The translations under genes and the position numbers were made by a program. The notes under the pieces are model-generated. The model made no database searches. It was not told the DNA's origin and worked only from the letters and a program-made list of their open reading frames with translations. DNA of 64,000 nucleotides from a bacterium (GTDB lineage Bacteria; UBA8248), in contig OZ241326.1 in assembly GCA_965199855.1 (NCBI GenBank), forward strand, positions 608,001 to 672,000. The letters run 5' to 3'. Below, piece by piece: positions 57,000-64,000 of this stretch. Within the stretch, counting starts at the first letter, position 1, and each line of letters starts with the position of its first letter.

Positions 57000-58024
57000 T
57001 CGGCGAATCGGCCGCGGCGCTCGGCGAGTTCGCCCTCATAGAGCGCCTGAGAAGCAGGCTCGGCGCGGAGGAGAGCGGCGCGGAGGTCGTCGTCGGCAAC
57101 GGGGACGACGCGGCCGTCATCGAGGCGGGAGGAGGGAAATGCTGGGCGATGACGTGCGACGCCCAGGCGCAGGGCGTGCATTTTCCGATGTCGGAGAGCG
57201 TCTCCGGCTTCGACGCGGGCTGGAAGGCGCTGGCGGCGAACGCGAGCGACATAGCGGCCATGGGAGGAAGGCCGCGCTTCGCGCTCGTCTCGCTGGGCGT
57301 GCCCGGGGACGCGGCGGTCTCGTTTCTGGATGGCGCCTATGACGGGCTTCGCGCGCTCGCCGAGCGGTGCGGCGTCCTCGTTCTGGGGGGCAACGTCGCG
57401 CGGACGCAAGGGCCGCTGTTCATCGACGTGTTTCTCGTGGGCGAGGTGATGAGAAAAAGCGTTCTTCGCCGGAGCGGGGCGCGCCCGGGGGACAGGCTTC
57501 TGGTGACGGGGCGTCTGGGCGACGCGGCCGCCGGGCTGGATTTGCTGGCGCGGCCGCGGGACCGAATCCCGAAAGGTTCGCGGGAGCGGCTCGTCTCCGC
57601 GCAGTCGAGGCCGCGGCCCCGCGTCGCCGAGGGCGCGGCGGTCGCGGAGTCGGGGCTGGCCACCGCGATGATGGACGTCAGCGACGGTCTGGCCGGGGAC
57701 GTTCGGCATCTGTGCGGCGCGAGCCGGGCGGGCGCCGTTCTTTGGGAGGAGAGCCTGCCCGTCTCGGACGCCCTGCGCGCGTGGGCGTCCGTCTCCGGCG
57801 AAAACCCCCTCGAATGGGCGCTGCGCGGCGGAGAGGACTACGAGCTTCTCATCACGGCGCCCGGGGAGTCCGTTCGCGCGCTTCAGGAGATCGTCTCCGA
57901 AGCGGGGGGCGCGCCGCTCACGCCCATCGGCGAGATCGCGCCGCTCTCCGAGGGAATTTCCGTGAGGCGCGCGGAGGGAGTCTCTCCTTTGGAGAGCCTC
58001 TCCTGGGAGCATTTCCCCGCCTGA
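56996..58024 (+). CDS. thiL: Thiamine-monophosphate kinase
   Basis: GEFALI, GDDAA, NASDIAAMGG, DVSDGL, GGEDYEL. Confidence 0.95.
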   Translation: MIGESAAALGEFALIERLRSRLGAEESGAEVVVGNGDDAAVIEAGGGKCWAMTCDAQAQGVHFPMSESVSGFDAGWKALAANASDIAAMGGRPRFALVSLGVPGDAAVSFLDGAYDGLRALAERCGVLVLGGNVARTQGPLFIDVFLVGEVMRKSVLRRSGARPGDRLLVTGRLGDAAAGLDLLARPRDRIPKGSRERLVSAQSRPRPRVAEGAAVAESGLATAMMDVSDGLAGDVRHLCGASRAGAVLWEESLPVSDALRAWASVSGENPLEWALRGGEDYELLITAPGESVRALQEIVSEAGGAPLTPIGEIAPLSEGISVRRAEGVSPLESLSWEHFPA

Positions 58025-58194
58025 CCGCGTCCTTCCCGGATGGCGGAAGGCGATTGCCGCGGGCCGCCGCGGCCATCCTCGCGCGGGAGGCGCCGCGCGG
58101 AGTTTGAGGTGGATTCCTTGGCAGATCGCCCCGCGCCTTCGCACATTCGGGACGTCCGCGAAAATCTTCTCGCCGGCGATTCGGGACGGGGGCG

Positions 58195-59436
58195 ATGAGC
58201 GCGCAGGGGCCGTTGAAGGGAATCCGCGTGCTCGACCTCTCGCGCATCCTCGCCGGGCCTTTCTGCACCATGATGCTCTCGGACCTGGGCGCGGAGATCA
58301 TCAAGCTCGAATCCCCCGGAAGCGGGGACGAAACCCGCGCCTGGGGCCCGCCGTTCGAGAAGGGGGAGAGCGCCTATTTCCTGAGCGTGAACCGGGGCAA
58401 GAAGAGCGTGGCGGTCGATCTCAAAAAGCCCGAGGGGGTGGAAATCGCCCGCGCCGTCGCGGAGCGGGCGGACGTGGTCGTCGAGAATTTCCGGCCCGGC
58501 GTCGCCGCGCGCCTGGGCGTCGGGCATGAGGCGCTGAGCGCGCTGAACCCCCGGCTGGTCTATGTTTCGGTTTCCGGCTTCGGGCAGACGGGCCCCTATC
58601 GGGATCGCTCGGGCTTCGACATCGTGGGCCAGGCGATGAGCGGCATCATGAGCGCCACGGGCGAGCCGGACGGCGGGCCCTGCAAGGCCGGGGTTCCGCT
58701 GAGCGACCTCGCGGCGGGCATGTGGGCGGCCTACGGCGTCGCCGGTGCCCTCCTCGCCAGGGAGAAGACGGGCAGGGGGCAGCGCATCGACCTCTCCCTG
58801 CTCGACAGCAGCGTCTCCCTTCTCACCAACCTGAGCGGCTGCTACTTCATGGACGGCGGCGTCGGCGGGCGGTGGGGGTCGGCGCATTTCCAGATCGTTC
58901 CCTACCAGGCGTTCCGGACGAAGGATCGGGAAATCATCATCGGGGTGACGAGCGATCGATTCTGGGAGCATTTCTGCGCCGTCATCGAGGCGCCCGGGCT
59001 GGCGGACGACCCCAGGTTCCGGGACATACCCGCCCGCGCCAGGAACCGCGCCGAGCTCATCCCCCTCCTGGAGGAGCGCCTCGCCAGAAGAAGCGGGGAT
59101 GAATGGCTGAAGCTGCTGGAGGAGAAGGGGATTCCGTGCGGCCCCGTCCACGACGTGGGCGAGGCGCTCGAGGACGCGCAGGTTCGCCACCGGGAGATGG
59201 TGGTGGAGACGGAGCACGCCCTGCTGGGCAAGGTGCGCGCCACCGGCCTGCCCCTGAAATTCTCCGAAAGTCCGGGAGGGGTGCAGGGCCCCGCCCCCCT
59301 GCACGGAGAGCACACCCGGGAGGTGCTGTCGAATCTCCTGGGGTTCGGCGGGGAGAAAATCGAAAGGCTGCTGGAGGAGCGGGTGGTCAAGGAGCCCGGG
59401 CCCCGATCGGCCCGGGGGATTCCCCTGAAGGACTAG
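58195..59436 (+). CDS. CoA-transferase family III (CaiB/BaiF)
   Basis: LDLSRILAGP, GDETR, NRGKKS, ENFRPG, GFGQTGP. Confidence 0.95.
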   Translation: MSAQGPLKGIRVLDLSRILAGPFCTMMLSDLGAEIIKLESPGSGDETRAWGPPFEKGESAYFLSVNRGKKSVAVDLKKPEGVEIARAVAERADVVVENFRPGVAARLGVGHEALSALNPRLVYVSVSGFGQTGPYRDRSGFDIVGQAMSGIMSATGEPDGGPCKAGVPLSDLAAGMWAAYGVAGALLAREKTGRGQRIDLSLLDSSVSLLTNLSGCYFMDGGVGGRWGSAHFQIVPYQAFRTKDREIIIGVTSDRFWEHFCAVIEAPGLADDPRFRDIPARARNRAELIPLLEERLARRSGDEWLKLLEEKGIPCGPVHDVGEALEDAQVRHREMVVETEHALLGKVRATGLPLKFSESPGGVQGPAPLHGEHTREVLSNLLGFGGEKIERLLEERVVKEPGPRSARGIPLKD

Positions 59437-59440
59437 CGGC

Positions 59441-60598
59441 TCATTCCGAGGCGAGCGCCTCGATCAGCCCGCCGAGCAGCGCGCCTCTCGGGGCGATGGA
59501 GTCCAGCTCCAGATATTCCTCGTCCGTGTGCAGGCCTCCCCCCACGGGCCCCAGGCCGTCGAGCGCCGCGACTCCGAGCGGAGCGAGATAGTTGCCGTCG
59601 GAGCCTCCGCCGGTGTGGGCGTGCCGGAGTTCGACCCCCGCGCCGCGCGCGATTCCGGCGGCTATCGAGAGGAGCCTTTCCGTTCCCCGGCTGCGTTCCA
59701 TGGCGGGCCTTCCGCCGGTGACCTCGAATTCCGCGCGCGTTCCCTCGATGTGGGGCGTGGCGATCATCCGGCGCAGCGCGTCCGCCATGGAGTCGAGGTC
59801 CGCCTGCCGATCCGCGCGGAATTCGACGTGGCAGGAGGCCGCGTCCGCCACGACGTGCGGCCTCTCCCCGCCCGAGAGGCCGGTGATGTTGACGGTTCCG
59901 CCCGCGCCCGCCAGGCTCTGGACGTCCACCATCTTGTGGGCGAGCTCGTGCGCGGCGCTTCTGCCCTTCTCGGGCGCGACGCCGGCGTGGGCCGCGACCC
60001 CGCGGACGCGCAGGCTTCCGCAGCAGCTCCCCTTCCTCGAGGATACGATGGAGCCGTCCGCGCGGCCGGGCTCGATGATCAGCGCGCAGGCGGCGTCTTT
60101 TCCGAGCCGCTCGATCGTCTCTCTCGATGAGGGATTTCCGCGCTCCTCGTCGGCGTCGTAGAGAATCTGAATCGTCGAGAAGTCCCGGAACCCCCCGGCC
60201 AGCAGTGCCTCCACCGCGAACCGGCAGGTCACCAGCGCCCCCTTCATGTCGGCCACGCCCGGCCCCCGGGCGGCGCCTCCCTCGACGGAGAAGGGCCTGC
60301 GCGCGGCGGTTCCCTCGGGGAACGCGGTGTCGCAGTGTCCGATCACGAGTATCCGGGGGCCTTTCTCCCTCGCGCCCCGAAGCGTCGCCAGAAGGTGATC
60401 CCCCGTCCCGCGCGCGCCGGGAATCATCTCCACGTCGGCGCCCATGCCGCGGTATTTTTCCGCGAAATGGGCGGAGACGGCGTTCGTCCCCTCCCCGGGA
60501 AACGTCGGGGAGTCGATGTTCACCACGCGGGCGATTTCCTCGATGATCGCCTCTCTCCGCGCTTCGAGGTATTTTCTGACGGCGGCCGCGCCGATCAT
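59441..60598 (-). CDS. M20 family glutamate carboxypeptidase-like peptidase
   Basis: GHCDT, GPGVADMKG, DEE, AHAG, GGGSDGN, DGLGP..H..EY. Confidence 0.9.
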   Translation of the reverse strand: MIGAAAVRKYLEARREAIIEEIARVVNIDSPTFPGEGTNAVSAHFAEKYRGMGADVEMIPGARGTGDHLLATLRGAREKGPRILVIGHCDTAFPEGTAARRPFSVEGGAARGPGVADMKGALVTCRFAVEALLAGGFRDFSTIQILYDADEERGNPSSRETIERLGKDAACALIIEPGRADGSIVSSRKGSCCGSLRVRGVAAHAGVAPEKGRSAAHELAHKMVDVQSLAGAGGTVNITGLSGGERPHVVADAASCHVEFRADRQADLDSMADALRRMIATPHIEGTRAEFEVTGGRPAMERSRGTERLLSIAAGIARGAGVELRHAHTGGGSDGNYLAPLGVAALDGLGPVGGGLHTDEEYLELDSIAPRGALLGGLIEALASE

Positions 60599-61377
60599 TC
60601 GCGCAATCTCCCCCGGTAGAAGCTTCCCGCGACGGAGTCTCCCGCGGCGAGAAGGTCGTAGAGGCCCTCCGGCACCGCCTCGAATACCGCCCGCGCGTCC
60701 CGGAGCGCCTTTTTCGAGACGCAGCGGCTCAGGTAAAGCGCCCGCTTCGCGCCGGGCGGGAAGCGGCGCGGGTAGCTTTCGGGATGGCTCGCCAGCCGCG
60801 CCAGATGAAGCGGCTCGATGACGTCGCCGGCTTCGAGCGCCGCGATCTCGCGGACCCGCTCCATCCGGTGGACGATTCTCTCGTCCGCCCTTCGCCCGAT
60901 CGCGCTCAGCCCCAGCACGAGGACGCAGCGCGTCGCCCCCCCGGGGACGACGGGCTCGCCCGGCCCCGGCGCCTTGATGAGCCGCTTCCTCGCGCCGTCC
61001 GTCTTCACGATGAGGACGCCTTGAAAGCCCGAGCGGCGTAGCGCCTCCGCCTGGCGCGCCTCGATGCCGCGAAACATGTTCCCCGGCAGCTTTTTCTCCA
61101 CCCAGACGACGCCGCCGCGGCCCGACCAGTCCCGCGCGGCGGACTGAAGCGAGGCGCGCCCCGCCTCGCTCAGCAGAACGGGCGGGGAGCCCTCCGCGCT
61201 GCCCAGGCCGTGGAGGTTCGTCGTGCTGGTGATGACGACGGGAAACGGCGCGTCCAGCGTCTCCCGGAGGAGCCGCTTCATGAGCGTGGCCTTGCCGCCG
61301 GCGCCCATGACGCAGATCATGTCGCCGGGCGAGACGCCCAGCATCGCGCGCAGGGCGGGCGCGGGTTCGATGCGCAT
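60595..61377 (-). CDS. yqeC: Selenium-dependent hydroxylase accessory protein YqeC
   Basis: VMGAGGKATLM, VVITSTT, DGARKRLIKAP..EPVVP, GLSAIG, VHR. Confidence 0.8.
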   Translation of the reverse strand: MRIEPAPALRAMLGVSPGDMICVMGAGGKATLMKRLLRETLDAPFPVVITSTTNLHGLGSAEGSPPVLLSEAGRASLQSAARDWSGRGGVVWVEKKLPGNMFRGIEARQAEALRRSGFQGVLIVKTDGARKRLIKAPGPGEPVVPGGATRCVLVLGLSAIGRRADERIVHRMERVREIAALEAGDVIEPLHLARLASHPESYPRRFPPGAKRALYLSRCVSKKALRDARAVFEAVPEGLYDLLAAGDSVAGSFYRGRLRE

Positions 61378-61379
61378 TT

Positions 61380-62528
61380 TCAGGCCGCGGCGCGGTAGAT
61401 TCTCTCGATGTCCTCCAGCGTCAGCTCCCTGGGGTTGCAGCTGAGAAGACGCTCGAGTCTGAAGGCGGCCTCGGCCAGTTCGGGGATGGCGTGGGCGGGG
61501 ACGTCCACCTCCCCGAGCCGGGTGGGCGTCCCGCAGTCGCGGCAGAGCCTCTCGACCGCGCCGACGGAGAGCGCCGCCGCCTCGTCCCGGGAGATGCCCT
61601 CGGTCGATTCGCCGAGCAGCTCCGCGACGCGGGCGAACTTCTCCGGCGCCGCCGCGTGGTTCTCCCGCACGACGTGGGGGAACATCAGGGAATTGCTGAC
61701 GCCGTGGGGAATGTGGAACCGCGAGCCGAGCGGATACGCCAGGGCGTGGACCGCGCCCGCCCCCGCCCCCGCGAGCGCCACGCCCCCGTAGTAGGAGCCG
61801 AGCGCCATGTCGGCTCTGGCCTCGAGGTCGCCTCCGTCCTCGCATACGCGCCTCAGCGCGCCGGCGATGAGCCTCATGCCCTCCAGGCTGTACATCTCGC
61901 TCAGGGGGGTGGCGTTTCTGGCCACGTAGGTTTCCAGGCAGTGCGTGAAGGCGTCCACCCCGGCGGCGGCGGTGACCCCGGGCGGGGCGGAGAGGGCGAG
62001 CTCCGGATCGACGATGGCGGCGAAGGGAATGACGCGCGTACTGACGATGGCCAGCTTCACCCGCTCCTCCGGCACCGAGAAGATGGCGTTGGGCGTGGCC
62101 TCGGCGCCGGTTCCGCTCGTGGTGGGCGCGAGGATGGTGGGCAGACCCGGCTTCGGGAGGAGCTCCACGCCGAGGTAGTCCCTCGGCGCGCCCTCGTTGC
62201 CCAGCAGCGCGCCCACGGACTTCGCCATGTCCATCGAGCTGCCGCCCCCGACTCCGACGACCAGGTCGAAGCCCCCGCCCCGGCACTCCTCGAGCGCCTT
62301 CTCCAGATCGCCGATGGCGGGCTCGGGCGGGCAGGCGTCGTAAATCTCCACGCCCGCGCCGGCCTCCTTCAGGGGCGCAATCGCCGCGTCCGCCGCGCCG
62401 GCCTCGCGCACGCCCTTGTCCGTGAAGAAGAGCGCGGCGCGCGCTCCCAGAAAGGCGGCCTCATCCTTGAGCTTCGAGATGACGCCCGCGCCGAACCAGG
62501 TTTTTTTCGGGTGGCGAATGCTGTGCAT
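61380..62528 (-). CDS. Iron-containing alcohol dehydrogenase
   Basis: GGGSSMD, PTTSGTGAE, GVDAFTHCLE, HALAYPLG, IPHG. Confidence 0.94.
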   Translation of the reverse strand: MHSIRHPKKTWFGAGVISKLKDEAAFLGARAALFFTDKGVREAGAADAAIAPLKEAGAGVEIYDACPPEPAIGDLEKALEECRGGGFDLVVGVGGGSSMDMAKSVGALLGNEGAPRDYLGVELLPKPGLPTILAPTTSGTGAEATPNAIFSVPEERVKLAIVSTRVIPFAAIVDPELALSAPPGVTAAAGVDAFTHCLETYVARNATPLSEMYSLEGMRLIAGALRRVCEDGGDLEARADMALGSYYGGVALAGAGAGAVHALAYPLGSRFHIPHGVSNSLMFPHVVRENHAAAPEKFARVAELLGESTEGISRDEAAALSVGAVERLCRDCGTPTRLGEVDVPAHAIPELAEAAFRLERLLSCNPRELTLEDIERIYRAAA

Positions 62529-62628
62529 CGGGCGAACTCCTTTCGTTCGGAAAGTCCCCTTCGCGGCGTCTCGCGCCGGGGCGGGCATTATCTCCATGCG
62601 CCCGCCTCCGCGCAACGGATTCGGGGAA

Positions 62629-63630
62629 TCAGGGCTTCCAGGCGCGGCGCGTCAGCAGACGCCAGGCGTTGCGCCAGGCGATGCGCGCGGCGGCCGCGCG
62701 GCTGAGCTTGGAGAGAATCTTCTGGCGGAAAAGAAGCGCGCGCCCCGCATACGCCGCCGGCCCGCCCGCGCCGCTCCCGACCATGAAATGCCCCGCCCGC
62801 GCCTCGAGCAGCGCCCGCCATTCAAGGGCGAGCGCGCCGCCCGGGTCGAACAGGTGGTTTTTCCGCGCGGCGGGCGTCTCGCCGGGGGCGGGCGGCGGCT
62901 CCTGGGCGAGCGTGAAGAAGAGTCCGGCGTATCTCAGGCTCAGCGCCCGCAGGAGGCCGTGCCCGTAGCCCGGCCAGGCGTCGGGGTTCTCGACGCGGCC
63001 GGCGCGCGTCCAGACGATTCCCGCCCCGGGCGCCGCCCGAAGCAGCCGTTCGAGCCGGGCGAGGCCGGCGTCGTCTTCGGGCTGCGCCACCCACGCGGGC
63101 GCGCCCGCCTCGCTCGCCAGCCGAAGGACGCCCGCGAGCGCCCCGCCCGCCCCGGCGTCCCCGGAGGACGCGGCGCGCCAGGCGATCCTTCCGATTCCGA
63201 ACGCGCCGCCCCCGAGCTGCCGCCCGAGGCCGGCCGTTTGGCCCGCCGCGTCCGCCCGGCCTTTCAGGACGCCGGAGGCGGTGAGCGGAATCAGCCGGGC
63301 GGGGTGCCGCGCCGCCGCCTTGCGTATCGCCTCCCCGCTTCGGGCGGAGACGGCGGCCAGGGCGACCCCCGCGCGGTTCATACCCTCGATGAGCCGCGCC
63401 GGGCTTCGCCAGGCGTCGAGGGCGGCTTCCATGTCGATCAGGGGGAGCGCGCCGCCCGCCAGACGCCCCCGGAGCGTCCGCTCGTAGAGCCTGATTCGCG
63501 CCTCCCGGCTCGTCGGGCCTTCCGGCGCTTTCGATTGCGGCGGCGCGGGAGGCTTCGCCTCGTTCGCGCCGGCCGCCGCAAGGAGCGCGCCGATGAGGAG
63601 CGGCGGCGCCAAGGCGATGAGCCGGGGCAT
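62629..63630 (-). CDS. Exported hypothetical protein, degenerate amidohydrolase-like barrel
   Basis: Signal peptide, LPLIDME, HPARLIP, FGIGR, FMVGSG. The usual metal-ligand His and Asp residues appear replaced. Confidence 0.5.
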   Translation of the reverse strand: MPRLIALAPPLLIGALLAAAGANEAKPPAPPQSKAPEGPTSREARIRLYERTLRGRLAGGALPLIDMEAALDAWRSPARLIEGMNRAGVALAAVSARSGEAIRKAAARHPARLIPLTASGVLKGRADAAGQTAGLGRQLGGGAFGIGRIAWRAASSGDAGAGGALAGVLRLASEAGAPAWVAQPEDDAGLARLERLLRAAPGAGIVWTRAGRVENPDAWPGYGHGLLRALSLRYAGLFFTLAQEPPPAPGETPAARKNHLFDPGGALALEWRALLEARAGHFMVGSGAGGPAAYAGRALLFRQKILSKLSRAAAARIAWRNAWRLLTRRAWKP

Positions 63631-63788
63631 CACATCAGGCTCCCGGGCGATGGAGGCGGAGGACGCGCCCACTATACATCATCGCGCGAGAGCGAACGCA
63701 CCCGCCCGCAGGGGGCGATGGAGGATGAGGGACGACGGAGCGGCCGGCTTCGCGCGGGAGATGCGCTTTTATCAGGCTGAAGAGGGAT

Positions 63789-64000
63789 TTACCCTGCCGC
63801 TCGCGCTCGGTCGGCGGTAGCCGGATCGACGATCCAGCCCTCCGAGCGATCGCAGTTCTTCGGGCCGCCGTATTTCGATTTCCGGCTCGCCCAGGCCGCC
63901 TGCGCCGCGCAAAGCACGGCGTCCAGCAGATCAGCTTTCGGATCGTCGATCAGAGTTTTCTCTTTTATATCCATGCCCAGATGGACCTTGATACCGTAAG
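63789..64000 (-). CDS. DUF429 family protein, C-terminal part (gene starts beyond the window)
   Basis: DLLDAVLCAAQAAWA and EGWI motifs. Confidence 0.65.
   Translation of the reverse strand, partial: YGIKVHLGMDIKEKTLIDDPKADLLDAVLCAAQAAWASRKSKYGGPKNCDRSEGWIVDPATADRARAAG

Overview
A 64 kb chromosomal segment from a very GC-rich bacterium. Housekeeping blocks (ffs-dnaX-ybaB-recR, serS with two tRNA-Ser, a third tRNA-Ser, a PfkA-family kinase, thiE-thiL) alternate with many heterotrophic uptake and catabolic genes (two TctABC systems, an SsuABC/TauABC-type ABC operon, acyl-CoA dehydrogenases, three M20 hydrolases, a CoA-transferase, a Mo-hydroxylase large subunit). Small defence or accessory inserts include two paralogous type IIG-like R-M fusions, an orphan m4C methyltransferase, a dual-OB/DUF488 trio, an AAA_21+DUF4276 pair, HigBA and a pentapeptide-repeat gene. 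The main hidden feature is a two-gene selenoprotein operon at 39889-40970 (minus strand) that the ORF track breaks up. An OsmC-like protein and a DUF442/PTP-like sulfurtransferase-fold protein each have an in-frame TGA at the catalytic Cys position, followed by a SECIS-like hairpin. A yqeC gene and a Mo-hydroxylase point to a second selenium trait. Other unannotated elements are a stand-alone ~170-nt transcript (promoter, 15-nt match to the 16S 3' end, 12-codon ORF, terminator), a mosaic REP cluster, a frameshifted MBL-fold gene and a possible type III mod remnant. Family assignments come from motifs recognised by eye; no searches were run.
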